From NCBI GenBank assembly GCA_963823655.1, contig CAWGMK010000013.1, positions 256,001 through 320,000 on the forward strand: a stretch of 64,000 bases of DNA, given 5' to 3'. Positions 1-11,626 of the stretch are shown in pieces (position 1 is the stretch's first letter; every line of letters starts with the position of its first letter). This DNA comes from an uncultured Bacillota bacterium (lineage in GTDB: Bacteria > Bacillota > DTU025 > MWDF01). Position numbers and translations under genes: made by a program. Under the pieces are notes generated by a model. It ran no database searches and had not been told where the DNA came from. It saw only the letters and a list, made by a program, of their open reading frames with translations.

Positions 1-1389
1 AACCTAACACCCAGAAAAGTAGTAGCAGAACTGGACAAGCACATAATCGGCCAGCATGACGCAAAGAAGGCCGTTGCCATTGCGCTTAGGAACAGGCTCA
101 GGCGCCTGAGGACAAGCGACGATATGAAGGATGAAATAACGCCGAAGAACATCCTTATGATAGGGCCGACGGGTGTCGGCAAGACAGAGATAGCAAGACG
201 GCTCGCAAGCCTCATAAAGGCCCCTTTTGTCAAGGTAGAGGCGACTAAGTTCACGGAAGTGGGCTATGTGGGCAGAGATGTAGATTCTATCATCAGGGAG
301 CTGGTGGAAGCCTCAATAAGGATGGTCCGCTCGGAGAAAACCGAGCTAGTGATGGAAAAAGCAGAGAAGGCCGCAGAAGAGAGGCTTGTAGATATCCTAG
401 CTCCAGTCCCTAAAAGGGAGAAGCCGGTGTCGAACCCGTTCGCGGCCCTCTTCGGCCAGGCTCCCAAGCCGGAACAGAACCCTGAGGATTTCGAGGAATC
501 AAAGCGCAAAGCCGAAACCAAAAGGGAGCAGGTTATCCGCCTTCTGCAAGAGGGCCAGCTCGAGGAGCAGGTAATCGAGCTTGATGTGAAGGACAGCTCT
601 CAGAAGCCGCTCGGCCTTTTCGGCGCTGGAGAGCCCAATGAGATGATGGTCGACATGTCGGGCATTCTGGGCGACATGCTGGGCAAGAAGACCGTAAGAA
701 GGAAGATGGCAGTCAAGGAAGCCCGCCGCCACCTGGTCGATGAAGAGGCCTCGAAACTGGTCGATTCCTTTGAAATCGAAACCGAGGCGATACGAAACGC
801 CGAGGAGAACGGCATAGTCTTCATAGACGAATTCGACAAGATAGCCGGCAGAAGCAGTATGAACGGACCCGATGTATCAAGGGAGGGCGTACAAAGGGAC
901 ATCCTTCCCATGGTTGAGGGCTCTACGGTTCAGACGAAGTACGGCCCTGTCCGCACAAGGCATATGCTTTTCATTGCGGCGGGCGCTTTCCATGTATCAC
1001 GGCCTTCGGATCTGATACCTGAGCTACAGGGCAGATTCCCCATAAGAGTGGAACTTCAGACGCTAACCGAGGAGGAGTTCAGGCGGATACTCACTGAACC
1101 CCAGGGCTCTCTTCTTAAGCAGTATAAAGCCCTTCTTGAAGCCGACGGGGTAGATCTCGATGTCACCGTCGATGGCATAGAGGAGATCGCGGCCACAGCT
1201 TACAGGATCAATTCGATTGGAGAGAACATAGGCGCGCGCCGCCTTCACACGGTAATGGAGAAGCTCCTTGAGGAAGTATCCTTCGAAGCTCCCGAGAAAT
1301 CCGGCAAAGTAGTTGTCGACAGGCCTTATGTAAAGGCGGTATTCGACAATCTCAACCTCGGCCAGGACCAGGTGACCATGATTCTTTAA
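1..1389 (+). CDS. hslU: ATP-dependent protease ATPase subunit HslU/ClpY (5' partial)
   Basis: Frame is open from base 1 (NLTPRKVVAELDKHIIGQ...). Walker A GPTGVGKT, KVEATKFTEVGYVG, DEFDK, ELQGRFP and NIGARRL motifs. Confidence 0.97.
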   Translation, partial: NLTPRKVVAELDKHIIGQHDAKKAVAIALRNRLRRLRTSDDMKDEITPKNILMIGPTGVGKTEIARRLASLIKAPFVKVEATKFTEVGYVGRDVDSIIRELVEASIRMVRSEKTELVMEKAEKAAEERLVDILAPVPKREKPVSNPFAALFGQAPKPEQNPEDFEESKRKAETKREQVIRLLQEGQLEEQVIELDVKDSSQKPLGLFGAGEPNEMMVDMSGILGDMLGKKTVRRKMAVKEARRHLVDEEASKLVDSFEIETEAIRNAEENGIVFIDEFDKIAGRSSMNGPDVSREGVQRDILPMVEGSTVQTKYGPVRTRHMLFIAAGAFHVSRPSDLIPELQGRFPIRVELQTLTEEEFRRILTEPQGSLLKQYKALLEADGVDLDVTVDGIEEIAATAYRINSIGENIGARRLHTVMEKLLEEVSFEAPEKSGKVVVDRPYVKAVFDNLNLGQDQVTMIL

Positions 1390-1429
1390 AACTATTTCTA
1401 TAGCAGTTCTTCATTTACAGGGATGAATA

Positions 1430-1458
1430 TTGATTAGATGAGGGACTTGTGGTAATAT
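1430..1458 (+). promoter_or_regulatory. sigma-A promoter of rpsB (TTGATT-17-TAATAT, extended -10 TGTGG)
   Basis: Consensus-like hexamers with 17-bp spacing directly upstream of the S2 leader. Confidence 0.7.
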
Positions 1459-1470
1459 TTTTAATTGCGA

Positions 1471-1553
1471 TTACACACGCTTTGCTGATTCCCAAGAGGC
1501 GGTGCCGCGAAAGCGGATCTTTCGGGGAAATGAAGCGGGCGGAGGTTAAACCG
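1471..1553 (+). ncRNA. rpsB 5' leader (S2 autoregulatory / t44-like RNA)
   Basis: Begins ACACACG, has a GGTGC-containing hairpin and ends GGAGGTTAAACC, resembling known rpsB leaders. Positioned directly before rpsB. Confidence 0.7.
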
Positions 1554-1575
1554 AAGCAGAGGGGAGGTGAACAAG

Positions 1576-2367
1576 ATGCCGGTGATTAGCATGAAACTGC
1601 TGTTGGAAGCGGGCGTACATTTCGGCCATCAGACAAGGCGCTGGAACCCCAAAATGGCAAAGTACATCTATACTTCCCGCAACGGCATATATATCATCGA
1701 CCTGCAGAAGACCGTCCGTAAGATAGACGAGGCCTATAACTTCGTTAAGTCCAAGTCCACTGACGGCGCCACACTGCTGTTCGTAGGCACCAAGAAACAG
1801 GCTCACGACGCCATTGCCGAGGAGGCTCAGCGTTGCGGAATGTACTGGGTGAACGAAAGATGGCTCGGCGGCATGCTCACGAATTTCTCTACCATTAGGA
1901 AGAGAGTCGACAGGATGAAGCAGCTCGAGCGCATGGAGCAGGACGGTTCATTCGAACAACTGCCTAAGAAGGAGGTACTTCTCCTTAAGGGTGAATACGC
2001 GAAGCTGGTGAAGAACCTGGCAGGTATCCGTGACATGGAGAAGCTTCCGGATATGATGTATGTCGTGGATCCCAAGAAGGAGCACATAGCGATCCTGGAG
2101 GCAAAGAGGCTCAGCATACCGATAGTAGGTATAGTTGATACCAATTGCGATCCCGATGAGGTCGACTACGTGATTCCCAGCAACGACGACGCGATAAGAG
2201 CCGTAAGGCTGCTTACCGCAAAGATGGCAGATGCCATTATCGAGGGACGCGAAGGCGTTGACGCACCTGTCGCCGTAAGCGACAAAGTAACGCCAGCCGA
2301 AATCGAGGAGGAAGAGGCAATAGCCCCCGAATCCGAGACACAGGTCGCGGAAGGCCTCATCAACTAA
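1576..2367 (+). CDS. rpsB: 30S ribosomal protein S2
   Basis: [28 protein letters not shown] and DTNCDPD motifs. SD GGAGGTG precedes the ATG at 1576. Confidence 0.99.
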   Translation: MPVISMKLLLEAGVHFGHQTRRWNPKMAKYIYTSRNGIYIIDLQKTVRKIDEAYNFVKSKSTDGATLLFVGTKKQAHDAIAEEAQRCGMYWVNERWLGGMLTNFSTIRKRVDRMKQLERMEQDGSFEQLPKKEVLLLKGEYAKLVKNLAGIRDMEKLPDMMYVVDPKKEHIAILEAKRLSIPIVGIVDTNCDPDEVDYVIPSNDDAIRAVRLLTAKMADAIIEGREGVDAPVAVSDKVTPAEIEEEEAIAPESETQVAEGLIN

Positions 2368-2383
2368 TAAGGAGGAGCTCCAC

Positions 2384-3001
2384 ATGGCCGAGATTAAGGC
2401 ATCCGATGTGCAGAAGCTTCGCGAGGTATCGCAGGCCGGCATGATGGACTGCAAACGCGCTCTTGTAGAGTGCGAAGGCAATATGGAGAAGGCCGCCCAG
2501 TTCCTTAGGGAAAAGGGCCTTGCCAGAGCTGAAAAGCGCAGCGGCAGGGCGACGTCAGAGGGCGTAGTCGATTCTTACATCCATATGGGTGGAAGAATCG
2601 GTGTGCTCGTGGAAGTCAACTGCGAAACCGACTTCGTTGCCAAAAATGAGCAGTTCAAGACGCTCGTCAAGGAAATTGCAATGCAGATAGCGGCTCAAAA
2701 GCCGATATACGTAAAGCGCGAGGAGGTACCGACCTCCGTGATAGAAGCCGAGAAGGAAATCTACAAGCATCAGGCCGCAAACGAGGGCAAGAAGCCGGAG
2801 TTTGCGGACAAGATCGCAGAGGGCAGGCTGGAGAAGTATTTCAAGGAAGTCTGCCTAGTGGACCAGGCCTATATCAGGGAGCCGGCCAAGACCGTCGCTG
2901 ACGTGATCAAGGAGACTGCGGCAGTCCTCGGCGAGAACATACAGGTCAGGCGATTCGCGCGCTATGAGCGCGGCGAGGAACTTCAGACCGAAGCTGAGTA
3001 A
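2384..3001 (+). CDS. tsf: Elongation factor Ts (short ~200 aa form)
   Basis: AGMMDCKRAL and EVNCETDFVA motifs; follows rpsB. Confidence 0.98.
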   Translation: MAEIKASDVQKLREVSQAGMMDCKRALVECEGNMEKAAQFLREKGLARAEKRSGRATSEGVVDSYIHMGGRIGVLVEVNCETDFVAKNEQFKTLVKEIAMQIAAQKPIYVKREEVPTSVIEAEKEIYKHQAANEGKKPEFADKIAEGRLEKYFKEVCLVDQAYIREPAKTVADVIKETAAVLGENIQVRRFARYERGEELQTEAE

Positions 3002-3013
3002 GCAAATGCGAAT

Positions 3014-3050
3014 AACGGGGCCGACCGATGAGGTTGGGCCCCGTTTTTTT
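3014..3050 (+). terminator. Rho-independent terminator
   Basis: AACGGGGCCGACC...GGTTGGGCCCCGTT stem followed by a T-run. Confidence 0.85.
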
Positions 3051-3095
3051 ACAATCTTGGCCCTTGTAGTGGAAAGCGGCCCCTGCGGAGGTTAG

Positions 3096-3836
<741 letters not shown>

Positions 3837-3841
3837 TTTTC

Positions 3842-4403
3842 ATGTCTTATAAGGAAGTTATCACGAAATTCGAAGAGAAGATGAACGTAGTCATAGAGGT
3901 GGAGAAGAAGGAGTTCTCAGGAATTCGTACCGGAAGGGCGAACCCGGCCCTGCTGGATCGCATCCACGCGGACTATTACGGAACGCCCACGCCATTGCCT
4001 CAGATGGCGACGATAAGCACGCCGGATCCGAGGACACTGGTGGTCACCCCATGGGATAAGGGTATGCTGGGCAAGATCGAGAAGGCGATACTGGCCTCTG
4101 ATCTGGGCCTGACGCCGACAAACGACGGCAATCTCGATAAGGATGTCCTTGCCGCACCTTACAGAGGAGAGGCGCAAGGACCTCGTAAAGATGATAAAGA
4201 AGATCGCCGAGGACATGAGAGTCGCAGTTAGGAACGTAAGGCGGGATGCCGTCGAAGCCGTCAAGAAGATGGAGAAAGATGGAATCATCACCGAGGACGA
4301 TCTCAAGCGCGCCCAGGACGAGATACAGAAGGTAACCGATAAGCACATCGCCGACATCGACAAGCAGCTTTTGGCCAAGGAAACGGAGATAATGCAAGTA
4401 TAA
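3842..4403 (+). CDS. frr: Ribosome recycling factor (one apparent frameshift near 4130)
   Basis: [12 protein letters not shown] in ORF 3842-4231 and [11 protein letters not shown]...RNVRR in ORF 4143-4403. Confidence 0.95.
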
Positions 4404-5131
4404 TGACAAGCGATTTCTCCGCTGCCGGAGCCGCAATACCGGCGCATCTGGCCATTATCATGGATGGCAATGGCAGGTGGGCAAAAGCTCGTGGGCTGGA
4501 TCGAAGCGATGGGCACAGGGCCGGCGCATCAAATGTTATCAAACTTGCACAGGCTTGCCAGACAAGGGGCATAAGCGTTCTGTCCCTTTTCGCCTTCTCC
4601 ACCGAGAATTGGAAGAGGCCGAAATCCGAAATCGATGCCCTTTTCAGCATCGCGGCGGATTATTTCAGCAATAGCTTCTCGAAATTCCCCGGCATGGGCA
4701 TAAGACTGAAGGTCATAGGCGAAAGAAAAAACCTCCCTCGTGCTTTGAAGCTGATGATAGAGAAGGCGGAGAGGGCCAATCCCAAGGAGTATTCCCTTAC
4801 GCTGAATATGGCAGTCAACTACGGCGGCAAATGGGATATCGCGAAAGCCGCCGCTTCGCTTGCGGAGAAATGCTGCGCAGGCGATATGAAGCCCTCGGAT
4901 ATCAATGAGGCTTCAATGGATGCCCAGATAAGCACATCCGGGCAGCCGCCAGTGGACCTTCTCATACGTACCGGCGGGGAGCGCCGGATTTCGAACTTCC
5001 TTATATGGCAAAGCGCCTATTCGGAGCTATATTTCAGCGATAAGTACTGGCCCGATTTCGACGAGTCCGAGCTCGACCTTGCTTTGGGGGAGTTCGCCCG
5101 CAGGTCAAGGCGGTTCGGCGGGCTGGCATGA
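4403..5131 (+). CDS. uppS: Undecaprenyl diphosphate synthase
   Basis: HLAIIMDGNGRWA, FSTENWKRP and RTGGERRISNFLIWQ motifs. Confidence 0.98.
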   Translation: MTSDFSAAGAAIPAHLAIIMDGNGRWAKARGLDRSDGHRAGASNVIKLAQACQTRGISVLSLFAFSTENWKRPKSEIDALFSIAADYFSNSFSKFPGMGIRLKVIGERKNLPRALKLMIEKAERANPKEYSLTLNMAVNYGGKWDIAKAAASLAEKCCAGDMKPSDINEASMDAQISTSGQPPVDLLIRTGGERRISNFLIWQSAYSELYFSDKYWPDFDESELDLALGEFARRSRRFGGLA

Positions 5132-5143
5132 GGTTAAAGTAAT

Positions 5144-5966
5144 ATGCGAAAAAGGATAATCTCGGCGTTGATTGCACTACCGATAGTCCTCTTCCTGCTG
5201 TGGCTGGGGGGCTATTTCACACTTCTGCTGATTGCGGTTGTAGTAGTGATGGCAAACCTTGAGTACTACAAGCTCACAATGGGCAAGGGAATAGCCCATT
5301 GTCCGGCTATTGCAATAGGAATGAGCCTCGTTTACCTTCTTGACGCTTTCTACTTCTCAGGAAGGTATGCGCTGCCGCTGACGGCGATGCTGCTGGCGCT
5401 CTCGCTGATCAGGCCGGTACTGCGGGGCGAGCCCGCAGGATCCGTCGCCGGGACAGCGTCTACTACTTTCGCCGCTTTGTACTTCGGCTGGAGCCTTAGC
5501 CATGCGATACTCCTTAGGTCTTCTTCTCCCGGGCTTGAGGGCTTCGTACTGGTGCTTTCGCTGTTGGGGCTTGTATGGCTCCACGATACCGCAGCTCTTA
5601 TGTTCGGTATAGCGTTGAAAGGCAGGACTAAGATCGCCCCGAAGATCTCTCCTAAGAAGAGCCTCGAGGGAAGCATCGGTGGGTTCTTGACGCTCATAGC
5701 CCTGATGTTCCTGGTGTATCCTCAGCTGTCCTCAAGAGGCCTGCTGCCCGAGATAGACTTAATCGCAAAGATCATCCTGATAGTTGTCGCGGTCATATGC
5801 TGTAACTATGGGGACCTTGGCGAATCGGCCCTCAAAAGGGACACCGGCGTCAAGGACAGCGGCGTATTTCTGCCCGGGCACGGCGGCTTCATGGACAGGA
5901 TCGACTCTCTGTCTGCTGTTCGTACCCGCTTCATATTGGCTGTTCAAGCTTTTCCTTGGCTGGTAA
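5144..5966 (+). CDS. cdsA: Phosphatidate cytidylyltransferase (frameshift near 5910)
   Basis: ISPKKSLEG and GDLGESALKRDTGVKDSG..LPGHGG..DRIDS motifs. True C-terminus is in the frame ending at 5966. Confidence 0.93.
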
Positions 5967-5999
5967 TCGGGACTTTTCACATTTCCTTGGAGGTGGCTT

Positions 6000-7169
6000 T
6001 TGAAGCTATCGGTATTCGGAAGCACAGGCTCAATAGGCAAGCAGGCCCTTTCAATATCGGGCCAGCTTGGCATAAAGATTTTCGCCTTGACCGCCAACAA
6101 GGATGTCGAAACCATTCTGTCGCAGGTTTTAAAGTTCAATCCCAGCTTCGCTGCCATGGCGGACAGGGGCTCGGCCGTAAGGCTTAGAGAAGCGGTTAAG
6201 GCGCAAGGCTCGGACACCGTAGTCCTGGACTCAGACGGCGCGCTGGAGGAGCTGGCAGGGAATATAGATGCAGACAGAGTGTTGAATGCGGTCGTTGGGT
6301 CGGCGGGGCTTAAAGTCTCTTTGAAGGCGCTCGACGCCGGAGTTAGCCTGGCCCTTGCCAATAAGGAGAGCATGGTGGCGGCCGGCGAGCTAATGAACGA
6401 AGCCTCAAAGCGGAGCAAAACGCCGATACTGCCCGTAGATAGCGAGCACTCCGCCATTTGGCAGTGCATATGGGCATCTCGAGGAAGCGAAGTCGACGAG
6501 ATCATGCTGACTGCCTCAGGCGGGCCCTTCAGAGGAATGAAGGACTTGTACAGAGTCCGCCCGGAACAGGCGCTGAAGCATCCAAACTGGGTGATGGGCA
6601 GCAAGATTACCATAGACTCCGCCACCATGATTAACAAAGCCCTTGAGGTCATAGAGGCCCATTGGCTGTTCGGCTCGCCGCCCGAGCGGATAAAAGTGAT
6701 TGTACATCCCCAAAGCATCGTACACTCGGCCGTCAGGTTCAAGGACGGCTCCGTAATAGCTCAGATGGGGGTCCCCGATATGAGGCTTCCGATAATGACG
6801 GCCCTCAGTTATCCGGAAAGGTCCCCGTCGCCTCCTGAGGCAATGGCGCGGCTTGACCTTCTTTCTGCAGCCAGGCTTGATTTCGAGGCGCCGGATGAAA
6901 CCACATTCCCGGGCGTATTGCTTGGGCACAAAGCCCTTGCCATCGGCGGCGTAGCCCCTGCTATCATGTCGGCTGCAAATGAGGCCGCAGTTGAGGCTTT
7001 CCTGCACGGTTCTATACCGTTCACCATGATTTCAGAGCTTAGCGAGGATGCCATGGCCAACGGCCCAAGAGTCGGCGCCTCCTCCGCAGAAGCTGTACTT
7101 GAGGCCGATTCCTGGGCTAGATCCTATGTTGAAAGCAGGTGCGCGATTTGGCATTCTTGTCATTCCTGA
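6000..7169 (+). CDS. dxr: 1-deoxy-D-xylulose 5-phosphate reductoisomerase
   Basis: GSTGSIG, LANKES, PVDSEHSAI and HPNWVMGSKITIDSATM motifs. Confidence 0.98.
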   Translation: MKLSVFGSTGSIGKQALSISGQLGIKIFALTANKDVETILSQVLKFNPSFAAMADRGSAVRLREAVKAQGSDTVVLDSDGALEELAGNIDADRVLNAVVGSAGLKVSLKALDAGVSLALANKESMVAAGELMNEASKRSKTPILPVDSEHSAIWQCIWASRGSEVDEIMLTASGGPFRGMKDLYRVRPEQALKHPNWVMGSKITIDSATMINKALEVIEAHWLFGSPPERIKVIVHPQSIVHSAVRFKDGSVIAQMGVPDMRLPIMTALSYPERSPSPPEAMARLDLLSAARLDFEAPDETTFPGVLLGHKALAIGGVAPAIMSAANEAAVEAFLHGSIPFTMISELSEDAMANGPRVGASSAEAVLEADSWARSYVESRCAIWHSCHS

Positions 7170-8165
7170 TAGTCTTCGGAATAGTCAGCATAGTCCATGA
7201 GCTGGGGCATTTTCTCACCGGAAAGGCCTTCGGCTTTAGAATATTGGAGTTCGCCATCGGTTTCGGCCCCGCCCTTTTCAGGCGCAAGAAAGGCGAGACG
7301 GAGTACTGCCTTCGCGTCCTGCCTTTGGGAGGCTTGAACCGATTCGACGATGGGGAGGACGGCAGGACTGCGGATTCCCACAGCTTTACTAACAGGCCCT
7401 TCCTGCAGAGGTTCCTTGTGATCCTCTCAGGTTCCGCCATGAACATCCTGCTGGCAATATTGCTTGTGGCAATACTCTTCGCGGCGACCGGAACGCCTAC
7501 GATAAGCATAGCGGATACAGTGCCCGGCTCTCCGGCTGAAGCCGCAGGCATAGTAAAAGGCGACATAATTCTCGAAATAGAAGGCAAGGCTATGCTGACA
7601 TCCGAGTCAATTGTATCAGTGTTGTCTACATCGTCTGACAAGGAAGTTGACATAACTGTAGAACGTGCTGGCCAGATCGTCATCGTCACGGCCGTACCCA
7701 AGCAGGACCCGGCGGACGGAAGAGGCAAGATCGGAATATACATGGAGCAGGTCCTAAAAAAGACCGGCCCTATTAAGGCGCTTTCGAACGGAGTCAAATT
7801 CCTGTTCGAAATCGTAAAGCTTACTGTCGCGGCCTTGGGCCAGGTAATGGTAGGAAGGGGCCTCGACCAGATATCGGGGCCTGTGGGAATCGCTGTGGCA
7901 TCGGCGGAGGCAGCGAGGAACGGTATCTCGTCATTCGTGCTGCTTATTGCCCTGGTCTCAATTAGCCTTGGCGTTTTCAACCTGATCCCGTTGCCTATCC
8001 TGGATGGCGGTTGGCTGCTCTTCATGAGCTTTGAGAAGATAACAGGGAAGAAGATACCCGAGAAGCTGATGTACGCGCATGAAGCTTACGGGGATTGCCC
8101 TGTTCATCATGCTCGCCATTTACGCGACCTACAGCGATATTGCCAGGCTTATTGTCGGAAGGTGA
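7139..8165 (+). CDS. rseP: RIP metalloprotease RseP with PDZ domain (frameshift near 8078)
   Basis: HELGH, PDZ-like GSPAEAAG and NLIPLPILDGG motifs. The C-terminal TM helix (IALFIMLAIYATYSDIARL) continues in another frame to TGA 8165. Confidence 0.92.
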
Positions 8166-8170
8166 TTCCA

Positions 8171-9241
8171 TTGGCCATTGTAAGAAAGCAAACCAGGGAG
8201 GTCAGCGCCGCGGCCCTTAAGATCGGTGGCGGTTCCGCAATATCCGTCCAATCGATGTGCAACGCTGACACACGCGACATACTGTCAACGAAAGCCCAGA
8301 TAAAAAGGCTCAAGGAGGCCGGATGCGATCTTGTCAGGCTCGCGGTGCCCGACATGGAGGCGGCTGAGGCCTTAAAAGGGATAATCCCCGGCGCCGGCAT
8401 ACCGATTTGCGCCGACATCCACTTCGACTACAAGCTGGCGCTCAAATCGATCGATGCTGGGGTAGCAAAAGTAAGGATCAACCCGGGCAATATCGGTTCG
8501 GAGGAGAAGGTGGCGGCCGTAGTAGAAGCCTGTTCCTCAAAGGGGCTGCCGATTCGCATTGGAGTGAACTCTGGCTCCATTGCGCCGGGCATCCTTGCAA
8601 AGTACGGCAGAACTGCGAAGGCGCTGGCCGAAAGCGCCCTTTCAGAGCTTTCGGTGTTTGAAAGACACGGCTTTTATGATACTGTATTGTCTGTTAAATC
8701 CTCCGATGTACTGGAGACCGTTGAGGCCAACAGGTACATTTCGTCCAAGGTCGGATACCCCCTCCATCTGGGAGTAACAGAGGCGGGTCCACCCGATACC
8801 GGGATGATAAGATCGGCCGCCGCGATGGGCGCACTGCTCATGGAGGGCATCGGGGATACGATTAGGATTAGCCTGACAGCGGAGCCGGAAACCGAAGTAT
8901 ATGCCGGCATTGAGCTGCTTACAAGCCTTGGCCTCAGGAAAGGCCTGAGGATCATTTCCTGCCCTACGTGCGGAAGAAGCAGGGGCGATGTAAGCTCGAT
9001 CGTAGCTGAAGTGAGGAAGGGCCTTCTGGGAAGCGGCCTTGAGGCTACCGTGGCTGTCATGGGTTGCGAGGTAAACGGGCCGGGGGAGGCTGCCGGGGCG
9101 GACTATGCGATAGCCTGCGGCGCCAACCAGGCTGCGATTTTCATGCATGGGGAGATAGTCGCGAGAGTCCCCCTGGAGAGGGCGTCTTCGGCACTTCTTC
9201 AATTAATCGCGAAAGCTGTACCGGGAGCTGATAAAAGATGA
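8171..9241 (+). CDS. ispG: (E)-4-hydroxy-3-methylbut-2-enyl-diphosphate synthase
   Basis: VQSM, ADIHF, RINPGNIG, HLGVTEAG, GDTIRISL, CPTCGR and GCEVNGPGEA motifs. TTG start at 8171. Confidence 0.97.
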   Translation: MAIVRKQTREVSAAALKIGGGSAISVQSMCNADTRDILSTKAQIKRLKEAGCDLVRLAVPDMEAAEALKGIIPGAGIPICADIHFDYKLALKSIDAGVAKVRINPGNIGSEEKVAAVVEACSSKGLPIRIGVNSGSIAPGILAKYGRTAKALAESALSELSVFERHGFYDTVLSVKSSDVLETVEANRYISSKVGYPLHLGVTEAGPPDTGMIRSAAAMGALLMEGIGDTIRISLTAEPETEVYAGIELLTSLGLRKGLRIISCPTCGRSRGDVSSIVAEVRKGLLGSGLEATVAVMGCEVNGPGEAAGADYAIACGANQAAIFMHGEIVARVPLERASSALLQLIAKAVPGADKR

Positions 9242-10971
9242 GAATGACAGAGATGTTCGCGCCTACGCTGCGCGAAGTGCCTGCGGAGGCCGATATCGCC
9301 TCACACAAGCTGATGTTGAGGGCCGCCCTTATGAGAAAGACAATGGCAGGTGTATATACATATCTGCCGCTCGGCTGGAAGTCGATCAGGAAAGTCGAGC
9401 AGATCGTGCGCGAGGAGATGGACAGGCAGGGAGGCCAGGAGCTTTTCATGCCCGCCCTTCAGAATCCCGAACCGTGGCAGGTCACCGGAAGGTACGAAGA
9501 CTACGGCAGCGAGATGTTCAAATTCAAGGACAGGGGAGGCAGGGACGTCTGCCTCGGCCCTACACATGAGGAGAACATCACTTCGCATGTCGCGGATGAG
9601 GTGCGCTCCTACAGAGGCCTTCCCAAGCTGCTTTACCAGATACAGACCAAATTCAGGGATGAGATCAGGCCAAGGTACGGCGTAATGCGCGGCAGGGAAT
9701 TCATAATGAAGGACCTGTACAGCTTCGATGCCGGCCAAGAAGGGCTAGACAAGTCCTTCAATAAGATGTATGAGGCCTATTGCAGGGCATTTACCAGAAT
9801 GGGCCTGGAGTTTTTGGTCGTCGAGGCGGATTCGGGCGCCATCGGCGGAAAAGTATCCAAGGAATATATGGCCATCGCCGATATCGGTGAGGCCGACATC
9901 GTCGTTTGCGGTTCGTGCGGATACGGCGCAAACGTAGAGCGAGCCGAAATCAACCATGTGCCCGAGGAATGTTCGGCCGACGTTCCCGCGTACAGCAAAG
10001 TTGCCACACCTGATGCAAGGACGATAGAGCAGCTGGAGAACTTCCTTAAGATTCCTGCCTCCAGGATGATCAAGACCATGGTTTACCTGGCCGACGGCAA
10101 ACCCCTTGTGGCCCTCATCCGCGGGGACAGGGAGATGAACGAGCTCAAACTGAGGAAAGTGGCAGGTGCCAAGGAGATCGCCCTTGCCGATGAGGAGACT
10201 ATAAGACAGGTCACCGGCGCGCCGGTCGGGTTCGCAGGCCCGATAGGCATAAAATGCGACAGGGTGTTCGCAGACTTTGAGATACCTGCTATTTGTGGCG
10301 CCGTCTCCGGTGCCAACGAAAAGGACATGCACTTCATAAATGTAAAGTACGGCAGGGACTTTGCGCGCTTCCCGCTGGCAGATCTCAGAAATGCGGTCGA
10401 AGGCGACGCCTGCTGCGAGTGCAAGGCGCCCCTTATAGCAAAGAAGGGCATAGAGGTCGGACATCTCTTCAAGCTCGGGACGAAGTACAGCGTGCCTCTT
10501 GGCTGCAACTACCTTGACGACAAGGGTGAATCCCACCCTATGGTCATGGGCTGCTACGGAATCGGAATCACAAGGTGCGTAGCCGCCGTAATAGAGCAGC
10601 ACAGCGACGAGAAGGGCATAATATGGCCCATGTCGGTGGCTCCTGCTCACTGCATCATAGTCATTGTGAACACGACCGATGAAAGGCAGCGCGAAGCGGG
10701 AGAGTCGCTTTATTGCAGGATGAAGGAAGCCGGCATCGAAGTAATACTTGATGACAGGGACGAAAGACCCGGTGTGAAGTTCAACGATGCCGACCTGATA
10801 GGAATACCCATACGGATCACGATCGGCCCCAAAGCCTTGGATAAGGGTTGCTTCGAGCTTAAGGAGCGCCAGGACAAAGAGGCAAGGCTTGTCGAGACTG
10901 AAAAAGCAGTTGAAGAAGTGAAGACCCTTATAAGCAAGGGCCTAGACAAGTTGAATCCCGACAAGAGGTGA
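9238..10971 (+). CDS. proS: Prolyl-tRNA synthetase (with editing domain)
   Basis: LGPTHEE, KFRDEIRPRYGVMRGREF and MGCYGIG motifs. Confidence 0.99.
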   Translation: MRMTEMFAPTLREVPAEADIASHKLMLRAALMRKTMAGVYTYLPLGWKSIRKVEQIVREEMDRQGGQELFMPALQNPEPWQVTGRYEDYGSEMFKFKDRGGRDVCLGPTHEENITSHVADEVRSYRGLPKLLYQIQTKFRDEIRPRYGVMRGREFIMKDLYSFDAGQEGLDKSFNKMYEAYCRAFTRMGLEFLVVEADSGAIGGKVSKEYMAIADIGEADIVVCGSCGYGANVERAEINHVPEECSADVPAYSKVATPDARTIEQLENFLKIPASRMIKTMVYLADGKPLVALIRGDREMNELKLRKVAGAKEIALADEETIRQVTGAPVGFAGPIGIKCDRVFADFEIPAICGAVSGANEKDMHFINVKYGRDFARFPLADLRNAVEGDACCECKAPLIAKKGIEVGHLFKLGTKYSVPLGCNYLDDKGESHPMVMGCYGIGITRCVAAVIEQHSDEKGIIWPMSVAPAHCIIVIVNTTDERQREAGESLYCRMKEAGIEVILDDRDERPGVKFNDADLIGIPIRITIGPKALDKGCFELKERQDKEARLVETEKAVEEVKTLISKGLDKLNPDKR

Positions 10972-10975
10972 GGCT

Positions 10976-11618
10976 ATGAGAGTAGCTGCCATAGTCCCGG
11001 CGTTCAATGAGGGCCCGAGGATCGCCGCCGTAACATCTGTGCTTTCCAGGTGCGAGTTCCTTGATGAGATACTAGTGGTAGACGACGGCTCCTCCGACAA
11101 TACCGCGCAAGCAGCACGGGCGACCGGTGTTGAAGTCCTTTCCATGCCCTCTAACATGGGCAAAGGCGCAGCCGTCGCAAGAGGCATCGCGGCTACGTCC
11201 AGCGACATCGTGCTTCTGATGGACGCCGATCTGGTCGGGCCTCACCAGAAAGCATGTGGAGGATCTGCTTGATCCCGTCGCAAGAGGGGATGCGGATATG
11301 TCCATCGGCATCTTCAGAGGCGGCCGTGTCTTCACCGACCTCGCCCAGATGACGACGAGCTTCCTTTCAGGCCAGAGGGCGATTAACAGGAGCCTGCTTG
11401 AGCCCGATGAGCTTGCTGATACGAAATACGGCCTCGAGACGATACTCACACAGATAGCAAATGAGAGGTCCTTACGGGTGAAAAAGGTCTTCCTCGATGA
11501 TTTGACGCAAGTCATGAAAGAGGAGAAGATGGGGCTGGCAGAGGGCAGCAGGCTTCGTTTCAAGATGTACTGGCACGTGATAAAACAGGTTTTCAAGAGG
11601 CTGTTTCGCATTAAGTAG
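10976..11618 (+). CDS. Family 2 glycosyltransferase (frameshift near 11240)
   Basis: IVPAFNE, VVDDGSSD, GKG and DAD motifs; the second half (SGQRA..YGLE) is in the next frame. Confidence 0.85.
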
Positions 11619-11626
11619 CTTATGGA

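Noticed and set aside
7139-9241. Apparent 700-aa RseP-IspG fusion
   Set aside because: The real RseP C-terminal helix is in another frame with a stop at 8165, and ispG has its own TTG start at 8171. The fusion results from one indel.
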